From: Candidatus Krumholzibacteriia bacterium | GTDB taxonomy: Bacteria > Krumholzibacteriota > Krumholzibacteriia > WVZY01 > JAKEHA01 | NCBI GenBank assembly: GCA_035279765.1 | Contig: DATEHD010000123.1 | Coordinates: 1-38,088 of the forward strand | Direction: 5' to 3' | DNA: 38,088 nucleotides | Shown: positions 25,748 through 34,670 of the stretch, piece by piece | How positions within the stretch are numbered: the first letter of the stretch is position 1 | How the letters are laid out: each line of letters opens with the position of its first letter | The notes under the pieces: generated by a model | The model's input: the letters and a program-made list of their open reading frames with translations, nothing else | The model's database searches: none | Told to the model about the DNA's origin: nothing | Program-made: the position numbers and the translations under genes

Positions 25748-25794
25748 AAGAGGAAATTTGCGGAAAATTGCGGGAGCTGGATTGCGGGGAGCGC

Positions 25795-28527
25795 CTACGG
25801 CTTCGCGGATGCCGACTGGAGCTGCTTCAAGACCTCGCCCAGGCGCTGGAGCTCGGTGCCGTAGCGCGCCCAGTCGCCGGCGCGCTGCGCTTCGATGGCG
25901 CGCTGGTAGATGTCGGAAGCGCTGCGCACGAGGTTGGCGACACTCGCGGTCTGCAGTGGAGCTTCGGTGCCGGCCGGCACCTCCGAGGCGGAGGCGGCTT
26001 CACCGCGGAAGAGCAGCGTTATTGCCGCCTCCAGCGTCTCGCCCATCACGACCTGGTTCTGGTACGCCACCACTACGCGCTTGAGCTCCGGAATACGGCC
26101 ACCCTGCGCGCGCAGGTAAATGGGCTGCACGTAGATGAGCGATTCTTCGATTGGAATCACGAGGAGGTTCCCCCATACCACATCCGAGCCGTGTTGGTCC
26201 CACAGCGTGAGCAGGGTCGAGATGGCGGTGTCCTGGTTGATGCGGTTCACGATCTGGTTGGGGCCGTAGACCAGGCTCTGCTTGGGAAGCCGGTACACCA
26301 CGAGCTCGCCGTAGTGCGGCGCGTCATTGCGCGCCACCATCCACGACGCCAGGTTGTCCTTCCCCCTGGGTGTAAAGGGCACCATGTAGATGTACTCTGC
26401 GTTCTTCTCGCCCGGCAGCCGCATGATGTTGTGGCGCAGAAAGGGATCGTGCGTCTGTTCCTCGTTGGGGATGGGGCCCGGCTTCTGCCACTGGTCTTCG
26501 CGGTGATAGAAGGTCGCGGGCTCGTCCATGTGATAGGTGGCGTAAAGATCGCTCTGGGCCCGGAACATCGCCTCGGGATAACGAAGATGCGCGCGCAGAT
26601 CAACCGGCATCTCGTCGAGCGGATGGAAAATCCCCGTAAAAATCTTGGACAGTGTCTGCACCAGCGGATCGTGCGGATCGGCGATGTACGCGGTGGTGCT
26701 GCCGTCGTAGGCGTCGATCACCACCTTCACACTGTTGCGCATGTAGTTGATCCCGTTCGCGAGCGGCTGCGCGTAGGGATAGCGCGTGGTCCGCGTGTAG
26801 GCATCGAGAATCCATACCAGCCGGCCCGAATCGTCGATCACGAGGTAGGGGTCGCTGTCGAACATGAGAAACGGCAATGCTGTCTGGGCACGCTCGAGAA
26901 CATTGCGGATATACATCACGCGGCTCTGGTTGGTGATGTCGCTCGAGAGCAGCACCTTCATGGAGCGGAAATACATCGCGAACAGAAGCCGGCGCGGCCA
27001 CGATCCGACCTGGATGCCTCCCTTCCCCTGGTAGGACGTGTACACATTCTCGTCACCGGAGGGATAGTCGAACTCGCGCTGCCCGGTGTTGGCGACCACC
27101 CACGAATTCGTCATCTCGCCGAAGTAGATCTCGGGGCGCGTCACCTTCATGGACACCGTCGACACCGGCGGCAGGTCCTTCACGAACAACACCGGCAAAC
27201 CTTCCGCCGTGCTCTCGTTGACGGGGCCGAGCGTGAGCCCCATGCCGTGCGTGAAGGTGAGACGCTCGTTGATGAACGTGCGCGTGGGCAGCGACCTCGG
27301 GTTGAGCTCGCGCGGCGAGAGCAGCACCTGGCGATAGCGACCATCGATGTGGTAGCGGTCGTCGTCCACCGAAATGAAATCGTAGTAGGTTCGAATCTCC
27401 TGCAGCTGGCCGAAGGTCTGGAGCAGCGGATCGCGGTCCCACACGCGAATGTTGTCGACAGTCTCGCGATTGCCAACGATGTCCTTCTCCGTGAGGCGCG
27501 CCTCGCCGGTGAGGTCGCGGGTGACCACGCTGTCGAGGCCCCATGCACGTCGCGTGGCGGCGATGTGCCGGGTGAGCTGGGGCGTTTCTTTTGACAGCTC
27601 ATTGGGTGCTACCACGAAGCGATTCACCAGCGCGGGATAAATGCCCACCGCCACGATCCACACCGCGGCGTAGATGGCCGTGGCGGTGATGATCGAGCGC
27701 AACAACCGCGGACCGCGTGCACCCACCAGCACGATGACGGCACCCACCAGTGCGGCCACGGCGGCGAGCCGCATGCCAAGGAGCGATCCGTGCAGGTTGG
27801 CGTAGCTCGCACCCACCAGCGGGCCGGTGTTGGAATACAAGAGTCCGGGCATGCGCACGAACACGAGGCGCACGGCGGTCAGCACGAACAGGAGCGCCAC
27901 CAGCACGGCAATGTGCATGCGTGCGCGGCCCTCGATGCTGGCCGCTCCCCGGATCAGGTTGATGTCGCGCCGGAATGCGTGCACGAACGTCGCCATGACC
28001 AGCGACATGACGGTGAGTGCGGTGAGGAGCCGGAGGAGTGCAGTGATCACGGGCATCGTGAACACGTAGTAGCTCACGTCGCGGCCGAAGACGGGATCGA
28101 CAGCGCCGAACGCTGTCGGGTGCAGGAAGCGCAGGACGAGGAGCCACGCCCCCGACGAGATGATCCCGATGATCACGGCGATGAACCACGTGGCCGGTCC
28201 GAGGACGCGCCGCGCCGTACCCACGAGATCGAACTTCCCGACTTCGACAACGCGCGGGCCCGTCACTCCGCCGCGGAGCGCGACGCTCAGGTTGACGCGC
28301 AGAAAAATGAGTGCGAAAAGACCGGCGATGGCGCCGAGCAGGAGGCGCGCCGTGTAGCTCAGCTCGTAGACGCGCGCGAAGCCGAGATCCTTGAACCAGA
28401 GCCAGCTCGCGATGGGCGCAACCAGCCCGGGCAGGAAGATAAACAGCAAGAACGCGGCGAGCGCGTAGCGGATGATGCGGGGCGGAGCGCCGCGGCGGCT
28501 TCGCGGGGGACGAAAGCGCGGGAACAT
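25795..28527 (-). CDS. UPF0182 family large membrane protein
   Basis: 910 aa. N-terminal multi-TM block beginning ...ASWLWFKDLGFARVYELSYTARLLLG, then a large extracytoplasmic domain with YYDFISVDDDRYHIDG..., LIYVQPIYLRA and C-terminal RAGDWARYGTELQRL. Confidence 0.9.
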   Translation of the reverse strand: MFPRFRPPRSRRGAPPRIIRYALAAFLLFIFLPGLVAPIASWLWFKDLGFARVYELSYTARLLLGAIAGLFALIFLRVNLSVALRGGVTGPRVVEVGKFDLVGTARRVLGPATWFIAVIIGIISSGAWLLVLRFLHPTAFGAVDPVFGRDVSYYVFTMPVITALLRLLTALTVMSLVMATFVHAFRRDINLIRGAASIEGRARMHIAVLVALLFVLTAVRLVFVRMPGLLYSNTGPLVGASYANLHGSLLGMRLAAVAALVGAVIVLVGARGPRLLRSIITATAIYAAVWIVAVGIYPALVNRFVVAPNELSKETPQLTRHIAATRRAWGLDSVVTRDLTGEARLTEKDIVGNRETVDNIRVWDRDPLLQTFGQLQEIRTYYDFISVDDDRYHIDGRYRQVLLSPRELNPRSLPTRTFINERLTFTHGMGLTLGPVNESTAEGLPVLFVKDLPPVSTVSMKVTRPEIYFGEMTNSWVVANTGQREFDYPSGDENVYTSYQGKGGIQVGSWPRRLLFAMYFRSMKVLLSSDITNQSRVMYIRNVLERAQTALPFLMFDSDPYLVIDDSGRLVWILDAYTRTTRYPYAQPLANGINYMRNSVKVVIDAYDGSTTAYIADPHDPLVQTLSKIFTGIFHPLDEMPVDLRAHLRYPEAMFRAQSDLYATYHMDEPATFYHREDQWQKPGPIPNEEQTHDPFLRHNIMRLPGEKNAEYIYMVPFTPRGKDNLASWMVARNDAPHYGELVVYRLPKQSLVYGPNQIVNRINQDTAISTLLTLWDQHGSDVVWGNLLVIPIEESLIYVQPIYLRAQGGRIPELKRVVVAYQNQVVMGETLEAAITLLFRGEAASASEVPAGTEAPLQTASVANLVRSASDIYQRAIEAQRAGDWARYGTELQRLGEVLKQLQSASAKP

Positions 28528-28619
28528 GTTGGGAACGCTACCACGAACCGGCCCGGCGCGTCGTCAACATCCGCAGAGGAGCGCCGGCGATGTTGCGGAA
28601 CGCAAGAAGGATGAGGTGA

Positions 28620-30107
28620 TTAGCGGACGCGCTTGAAGTCGATAAAGCCGCGTTCGACGTTGGTGCTGACCAGGCGTACGCGCAGCTGGCTGCCCACGTG
28701 CAACCGGTCGGTTCCGTTGTCGAGCCGGCCCTCTACGATCGGATGGAGCAAACGCACCCAGGTTCCCTTGTCGGACATGCCGGTGACGATGCCGTCGAAC
28801 TGCTCGCCGATGCGCGATTGCAGCAGAATCGCGGCCGCGGACTTGGCAACCTGTCGCTCCACTTTCTGTGCTGCATCTTCGGCCTGGGTGCAATGCCGCG
28901 CGAGCATCTCGAGCTCGTCGTCGGTATACGGTTGGGAACCGCCCGCGAGCGACGCCTTGACGAGTCGCTGCGTGATGAGATCGGGATAACGGCGGTTGGG
29001 TGCCGTGGAATGCGCGTAGTCCTTGACCGCGAGGCCGAAGTGCCCGCCCGCGTCGTCGCCCGGCCGCTCCACCACGTATTCCCCCGCACCCAGGAGCTTG
29101 ATGACGGCGAGCGACAGATCGGGAAAGCGCAGCGGGTCCGCGGCCTTGGCGGCCACGAGAAACTGCTGCAAGGCCTTTGCGTCAGGGTCTGCCGGAAGGT
29201 GCGTTCCACGCTCCTGCGCCAGGGCCACGATGCCGTCCCACTGGCGCGGAACCCGGACCACGCGTCGCACCGATGAAAACTTGTTCGACTCGAGGAAGCG
29301 CGCTGTCACGCCGTTGGCGGAAATCATGAAGTCTTCGATGATGTCTTTCGCACGATTCTTGACGTTCTCCTCGAGGCCGGTGATCTCGTCGCCGTGGAAC
29401 ACCGGTTGCGCTTCGATGGTCTCCAGGGTGAGCGCGCCAAGCTTGTGGCGCAGCTCTTTCATCTTCTGCGCGGCCGCGTCCTGCAGGCGCAGGTTCTCCT
29501 CCAGGCCCGTGACCGAAGCCAATGCGTCCGGCGCCGGGCCGGTTCCCTCCAGCCACGCCGCGACGCTGTTGTACGCGAGCTTGGCGCGGTTGCGCACGTC
29601 GGCGCGGTAGATTTCGGAGCCGGTGAGGGATCCGTCCGCCGCGATCGTCATGTCGATCACAACCGCCATGCGGTCGGCGTCGTGATTGAGCGAGGTGAGA
29701 TCGGTGGAAAGTTTCTCCGGCAGCATCGGAAAAATTTCCGCAGCCGTGTACACAGACGTGGTGTTCTTCTGCGCGTGCTCGTCCAGCGCAGAGGCTTTTG
29801 GAACCAACGCGTCGACGTCCGCAATCGCGACCAGGATGCGAACCGAACCGCCGGCCACCGGCACGGCGACACTGAGCTGGTCGAGATCGCGCGAGTTGTC
29901 GTTGTCGATCGAGCACCAGAGGAGTGAGCGCAGATCGCGCGTCGATGCGCCGTCGGGGGCAGCGGGCGTGTGAATGCTATCGAGCTGCGCCAGTGCGTCG
30001 GCCGGGAAATCAGGGTCCAGCCCGCGCTCGATCATTACCTGGTGGGCAATGCGCTGGAGAATGGGACGGTGCTGGGTGTCGCGCGGGTTGGCCATGGGTC
30101 GTGGCAT
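28620..30107 (-). CDS. RNB-domain 3'-5' exoribonuclease (RNase II/R family) with C-terminal S1 domain
   Basis: 495 aa. RNB motifs SIDNDNSRDLDQLS, TSVYTAAEIFPMLPEKLS and HFGLAVKDYAHSTAPNRRYPDLITQR. S1-like GEQFDGIVTGMSDKGTWVRL. Confidence 0.9.
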   Translation of the reverse strand: MPRPMANPRDTQHRPILQRIAHQVMIERGLDPDFPADALAQLDSIHTPAAPDGASTRDLRSLLWCSIDNDNSRDLDQLSVAVPVAGGSVRILVAIADVDALVPKASALDEHAQKNTTSVYTAAEIFPMLPEKLSTDLTSLNHDADRMAVVIDMTIAADGSLTGSEIYRADVRNRAKLAYNSVAAWLEGTGPAPDALASVTGLEENLRLQDAAAQKMKELRHKLGALTLETIEAQPVFHGDEITGLEENVKNRAKDIIEDFMISANGVTARFLESNKFSSVRRVVRVPRQWDGIVALAQERGTHLPADPDAKALQQFLVAAKAADPLRFPDLSLAVIKLLGAGEYVVERPGDDAGGHFGLAVKDYAHSTAPNRRYPDLITQRLVKASLAGGSQPYTDDELEMLARHCTQAEDAAQKVERQVAKSAAAILLQSRIGEQFDGIVTGMSDKGTWVRLLHPIVEGRLDNGTDRLHVGSQLRVRLVSTNVERGFIDFKRVR

Positions 30108-30161
30108 TGTAGCAGATGCGGCGCATGTCTCCCAGTCGCTCGCACCTGCCGCTCCCCGCGA

Positions 30162-31199
30162 CTAGAAACGCCCTTCATCCACGTCCTTGATGAAGCGGAT
30201 GACGCCCTCCATGTACGTCCCCTGATCGTCGTACATCGCGAGGTGGCTCCCGTTCGCGCAGTAGAGATAGCGTCCGTGCCCCACCTGCTTTGACATCATC
30301 TCCATGTGTTTCGGGTCCATGGTGTCGTATTGCGCGCCGATCACCAGCGTGGGCACCGTGATCCTGGGAAGATCGGCCATGCGGCTCCACGTCGCGAGCT
30401 TGCCCTGTGCATCGAGCTCGCTCGGCCCCTGCATCGGAATGTAGACGGCGGGATTCATGTGCTTGAACGCGCGCAGAAACGGGTCCGGCCACTGCGCGTA
30501 CGGCAAGCGCAGGATGTGCTTTTCGTAGTGGTTCGGGATCAACAGCTCCATGTAGCGCGGATTTTCGTAGTCCTTCTTCGCTTCCATGGCCATGAGCTCG
30601 CTCAAGACGGCGGGATCCATCGTCGCCTTGAACACAGTCTTCGCATACGCGCTATACGCGGGAATGTCAGACATCATGTTGGAGATGACGAGGCCCTTCG
30701 GATTCTGCTGATACTTGAGCGCGTACTCCATGGCGAGCAGGCCGCCCCACGAATGGCCGAGGAGATAGAAGTTGTCCTTGTCGAGATGGAGGGCCTGTCG
30801 CACCTGCTCGACTTCGTCGACAAAGCGCGCCGTGTCCCACAAGGACGAGTCCGTCGGTTGATCGCTGTAGTACGAGCCGAGCTGGTCGTAATAGTAATAT
30901 TCGATACCCTCTTGGGGCAGAAAGCTGTCGAAGCACTCGAAGTATTCGTGGGTGAAGCCGGGGCCGCCGTGGAGGAGCAGGAGCTTGATGCGTGGGTTGT
31001 TGCCGACGCGCTTGGTCCACACGTGAAAGGTACCCTTCGGCGTATTGACGGCGATCACCTTGACGCCGCCGTCCCATGCGTCGTCGCGACCCGTCGAGTC
31101 GAAATAGCTCCGCGTCTGCGCGTGCTGCTCCGGGGCGGGCTTGCGCACACAACCGGCCGCCGCCAGCACCGCCATCATCGCGATCAGAATTCTTTTCAT
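30162..31199 (-). CDS. Proline iminopeptidase-family alpha/beta hydrolase, lipoprotein
   Basis: Start chosen at MKRILIAMMAVLAAAGC (lipobox). Contains LLLHGGPGFTHEY and nucleophile elbow GHSWGG. The upstream extension of the ORF to 31328 has no support. Confidence 0.85.
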   Translation of the reverse strand: MKRILIAMMAVLAAAGCVRKPAPEQHAQTRSYFDSTGRDDAWDGGVKVIAVNTPKGTFHVWTKRVGNNPRIKLLLLHGGPGFTHEYFECFDSFLPQEGIEYYYYDQLGSYYSDQPTDSSLWDTARFVDEVEQVRQALHLDKDNFYLLGHSWGGLLAMEYALKYQQNPKGLVISNMMSDIPAYSAYAKTVFKATMDPAVLSELMAMEAKKDYENPRYMELLIPNHYEKHILRLPYAQWPDPFLRAFKHMNPAVYIPMQGPSELDAQGKLATWSRMADLPRITVPTLVIGAQYDTMDPKHMEMMSKQVGHGRYLYCANGSHLAMYDDQGTYMEGVIRFIKDVDEGRF

Positions 31200-31351
31200 A
31201 TGAAATCGATGCCCTCCACTGTGAGGCCACCATGGTAACGGGCGGTGCGTGCAGTGTTGAGAAAAAAAGAAGGCCGGCGTTGCGTGGAAATCGCCGCGCA
31301 CAGGTGCTACGATGGCGGCCTTCCCCAACTCAAGACGAACGGAGAGATGGC

Positions 31352-33232
31352 ATGACCAGGTCCTCGTGGTGGATGTCGGTTCTTCTGGGTGCAGCGTTTG
31401 TAATGACAGCTCACAGCTCGGTGCGCGCGGCGGAGCCCATTCGCCTCGAGCTCGATGCCAGCGACGCCGGGCGCAGCCTCTTCCACGGCCGCCTGCACAT
31501 TCCGGTTCAGTCCGGCGCGGTGACGCTTGTGTATCCGAAGTGGATTCCCGGCGAACACGGACCCACCGGCCCCATCACCGATTTCGGCGGCCTGGTGGTT
31601 TCGGGCGGTGGCAAGACGCTGGCGTGGAAGCGGGACGGCGCCGACATGTACGCCTTTCACATCGATGTTCCGCAGGGCGTCAGCGCGCTCGATGTGTCCT
31701 TCGATCAATTCGGCGCCACTTCCAAGGAAGGCTTCAGCTCGGCCTCTTCGTCGACGCCGAACCTCGCCATCATCGCGTGGAACCAGTTTCTGCTCTACCC
31801 CGAGGGGGCGAACAGCGACGACGTCGCCTTCGCCGCGAGCATCACGCTGCCCGACGGCTGGCAGTGCGCGACCGCGCTGACCACGAAAACGCACTCAGGC
31901 TCGCGTCACGACTTTGAGCCGGTGTCGCTTACCATGCTTGTCGACTCGCCCGTGTTGATGGGCCGTTACTTCCGCGTGGTGCCGCTCGACAACAGCGCGC
32001 GGCCGGTGGAATGGGACATTGCGGCCGACAGCCCGGAAGCGCTGGCGGTGGCGCCGGCGAGCGAGGCCGCCATGAAGGGCCTCGTGCGCGAGGCCGACGC
32101 GCTCTACGGCGCGCGCCACTACAACCACTATAATTTTCTCTTCACGCTCAGCGATCACGTCGCGCATTTCGGCCTCGAGCACCATCAGTGCAACGACACG
32201 CGCCTCGCCGAACGCACATTGATCGACGAGAAGCTCCGCCCGGCGCTCGAGGTGCTGGCCCACGAATACATGCACTCGTGGAACGCGAAGTACCGCCGCC
32301 CCACCGGCCTTGCGACTCCCAACTACCAGGTGCCGATGGACGGCAACCTGCTCTGGATCTACGAAGGTCTCACGCAATATCTCGGGTGTTTGCTATCGGC
32401 GCGCAGTGGCATCTGGACGCCGGAGTACTACCGCGAGATGCTCGCCTACAACGCCGCCTACCTCGACCACTCGCGCGGGCGCGACTGGCGGCCGCTGCAG
32501 GACACGGCCGACGCGGCGCAGCTTCTGTATGAAGCGCCGGACGCGTGGGCCATGGCGCGGCGCGGCACCGACTTCTACGACGAGGGTTGGATGTTGTGGC
32601 TCGACGTCGACACGCGCATCCGCGAGATGTCGAAGGGAAAGAAGTCGTTGGATGATTTCTGCCGCGTCTTCCACGGGGGGAAAAGCGGACCGCCCGAGCT
32701 CAAGACCTACACCCTCGATGACGTGGTGGCGACGCTCAATACCATTGAGCCGTACGACTGGCGCTCATACTTTGCGCAGCACGTGACCGCCGCGACCCAG
32801 CATCCACCCTTCGACGGCATCACGCGCGGCGGCTGGAAGCTCGTCTACAACGACAAGAAGAACGACTACGAGGAGCTGCGCGAAGGGGCGGAATGGAAAC
32901 GAATCGACGCTTCGTACTCCATCGGCATCCGCGTCAAGGACGACGACGGCTCCATTATAGATGTAACGCCCGACCTGCCCGCATGGAAGGCCGGCGTCGG
33001 TCCGGGTATGACGCTCGTCGCCGTCAACTCGCGCAAGTATTCGAGCGCTGTGCTCAAAGATGCGATCGCCGCCACCAAGACGTCGAAACAGGCGATGACG
33101 TTGCTCGTCGAGAATCGCGACTTCTTCAACACCTACACGCTCGACTACCACGACGGCACTCGTAACCCGCACCTGGAAAAGAGCGGCTCGACAGATATGC
33201 TGTCGCGCATGCTCGCCGCGCACCGCAAATGA
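31352..33232 (+). CDS. M61 family (glycyl aminopeptidase-like) metallopeptidase with C-terminal PDZ domain
   Basis: Start at MTRSSWWMSVLLGAAFVMTAHSSVRAAEP (signal peptide; GGAGAG SD). HExxH site LAHEYMHSWNAKYRRP. LWIYEGLTQYLG. PDZ-like AGVGPGMTLVAVNSRKY. Confidence 0.9.
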   Translation: MTRSSWWMSVLLGAAFVMTAHSSVRAAEPIRLELDASDAGRSLFHGRLHIPVQSGAVTLVYPKWIPGEHGPTGPITDFGGLVVSGGGKTLAWKRDGADMYAFHIDVPQGVSALDVSFDQFGATSKEGFSSASSSTPNLAIIAWNQFLLYPEGANSDDVAFAASITLPDGWQCATALTTKTHSGSRHDFEPVSLTMLVDSPVLMGRYFRVVPLDNSARPVEWDIAADSPEALAVAPASEAAMKGLVREADALYGARHYNHYNFLFTLSDHVAHFGLEHHQCNDTRLAERTLIDEKLRPALEVLAHEYMHSWNAKYRRPTGLATPNYQVPMDGNLLWIYEGLTQYLGCLLSARSGIWTPEYYREMLAYNAAYLDHSRGRDWRPLQDTADAAQLLYEAPDAWAMARRGTDFYDEGWMLWLDVDTRIREMSKGKKSLDDFCRVFHGGKSGPPELKTYTLDDVVATLNTIEPYDWRSYFAQHVTAATQHPPFDGITRGGWKLVYNDKKNDYEELREGAEWKRIDASYSIGIRVKDDDGSIIDVTPDLPAWKAGVGPGMTLVAVNSRKYSSAVLKDAIAATKTSKQAMTLLVENRDFFNTYTLDYHDGTRNPHLEKSGSTDMLSRMLAAHRK

Positions 33233-33654
33233 TCCCGCCGCGCAGAGCAATCGCGTTGATCCCGCTGTGTCTGATGCTCCCCCAAATAACGGGGTGTTCG
33301 TCGACGCGTTTTGTTCCCACCGACACGGTCGTCGCGGAGCAGAAACCGAAGCTCGACAGGCCGCCCGGCCTCTCCATCGCGGGCTACACGACAAAAGACG
33401 GCGCCAACCATCCGTTCCATGGAACTGTCACCATGGAGGGCGAGTCGTTCGTCTTTCACCCGGACGTGTCGTCAGAGGAACTGGCCGACACCACGGCGGC
33501 CGCGCGAGCAAAGCGCGAGCCGTTTCGTGTGCCGCGCGCCGAGGTGACGGAGCTCAACAGCTACCACCGCACGCACCCGCTGCTGATCATCGGCGTGTGC
33601 GCGGCGATCGCCGCGGGAGTTATCTGGCTGGGAGATAGCACCAGCGGCAACTAG
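33229..33654 (+). CDS. Lipoprotein with C-terminal TM helix, unknown function, coupled to the M61 peptidase
   Basis: 141 aa. Lipobox LMLPQITGCSS. C-terminal TM LLIIGVCAAIAAGVIWL. ATGA start/stop overlap with the M61 gene. Confidence 0.6.
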   Translation: MIPPRRAIALIPLCLMLPQITGCSSTRFVPTDTVVAEQKPKLDRPPGLSIAGYTTKDGANHPFHGTVTMEGESFVFHPDVSSEELADTTAAARAKREPFRVPRAEVTELNSYHRTHPLLIIGVCAAIAAGVIWLGDSTSGN

Positions 33655-33697
33655 CCCGCCATGTGCCCGCGCGGGCCTCTCGCACCCCGGCACAAAC

Positions 33698-33735
33698 AAA
33701 GAGGCCGCCCCACGAGCGAGCGGCCTCTTTTCTTG
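33698..33735. terminator. Bidirectional intrinsic terminator between convergent genes
   Basis: AAAGAGGCCGC-11 nt loop-GCGGCCTCTTT, an 11-bp stem that is A-rich upstream and T-rich downstream. This gives a U-tract on both strands. Confidence 0.65.
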
Positions 33736-33752
33736 CGGCAAAGCGGGCTGAT

Positions 33753-34445
33753 CTAGCGGTAGAGCGCCTTGACCTTGCCCCACGTCGAGGGCTCGGTCTT
33801 GAGCGGGCACTCCGCGATGTCGATGTGGATACTGAACATGACACCGGTGACGACGTACGCCGCGTCGCGGTTGTACACGAAGATCTGGTTTTGTGAACAA
33901 TGCAGCAACGACGTGACGTCGACTGTCGCCGTGTTCTCGGTGGCATAGCTGCCGCCGGTAATCGGAAGCGCCACGCCGTTGAGATACACTCCCATCGGAT
34001 TCGGGCCGCCGTAGAGCTGGTCGCCGATGTTGTCATCGGATGCCCAGCAGAAGGTGAGCGTCGCTTTGGCGATGCAGCACGAGTGCACGTTGAACGCCTG
34101 GCAATAGAGCGCCGTGGCCGGACCCGCCGACGCATCCACAGAGATCCACTGTGCAAGCGGGTCGCACGCCAGTGACGACAGCCAGAAGGAACCGTACGGC
34201 GGCACGACAACGGATAGCGGTCCGCTGTACGCCGCCGCAAAATCCGCCGCCGTAAACGGAGACGCAGACAGGGCGGCTCCCGGAGACCCCGCCAGGTATG
34301 TCCACGCCGGATCGTTCTGGCCGTAAGCATACCCTCCGCCCGAACGCATGTTGATGGTTTCAGAGAACGCCGAAACCACCGTCATCGCGGCCATGACAAC
34401 GGCGAGCAATAATGCAAAGACCGATCTTTTCACAATGCGGCTCAT
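33753..34445 (-). CDS. Secreted Cys-rich beta-sandwich protein ending in ...EPSTWGKVKALYR
   Basis: Start chosen at MSRIVKRSVFALLLAVVMAAMTVVSAFS (signal peptide), not the ORF start at 34571. 230 aa, 8 Cys in the mature part. Central pattern ...TLTFCWASDDNIG...VYLNGVAL...NQIFVYNRD...TGVMFSIHIDI. Confidence 0.65.
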   Translation of the reverse strand: MSRIVKRSVFALLLAVVMAAMTVVSAFSETINMRSGGGYAYGQNDPAWTYLAGSPGAALSASPFTAADFAAAYSGPLSVVVPPYGSFWLSSLACDPLAQWISVDASAGPATALYCQAFNVHSCCIAKATLTFCWASDDNIGDQLYGGPNPMGVYLNGVALPITGGSYATENTATVDVTSLLHCSQNQIFVYNRDAAYVVTGVMFSIHIDIAECPLKTEPSTWGKVKALYR

Positions 34446-34670
34446 GGAAGGCACCTTTCCAGTAGGGGAACTGCAACGTGAGAATGAAAGGATGAGCGCA
34501 CGCGACCGCGCGCGTCCAACGTCGGATTGGTAAGAAGGAAAAGTAGCAAAACCTTTCCCGGCCGACGCCACCAGACTATTCGAGATCGAGTCACGCAGTC
34601 AATTCTTGCAAACGGTGATTGCCCCAATTCGCGCTGTTTGAATCGGCGCGCGATCGCTACAATCACCCGC

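Noticed and set aside
27388-27400. tRNA T-loop-like GGTTCGAATCTCC
   Set aside because: The flanking bases do not form a T-stem, acceptor arm or anticodon arm, and it lies inside the UPF0182 coding sequence.
24976-28614. 872-aa (24976-27594) and 274-aa (27790-28614) plus-strand ORFs
   Set aside because: Antisense to the ArsR, SRPBCC and UPF0182 genes. The 872-aa ORF spans three real genes and two intergenic regions on the other strand, which is implausible for a true gene. Low-complexity composition.
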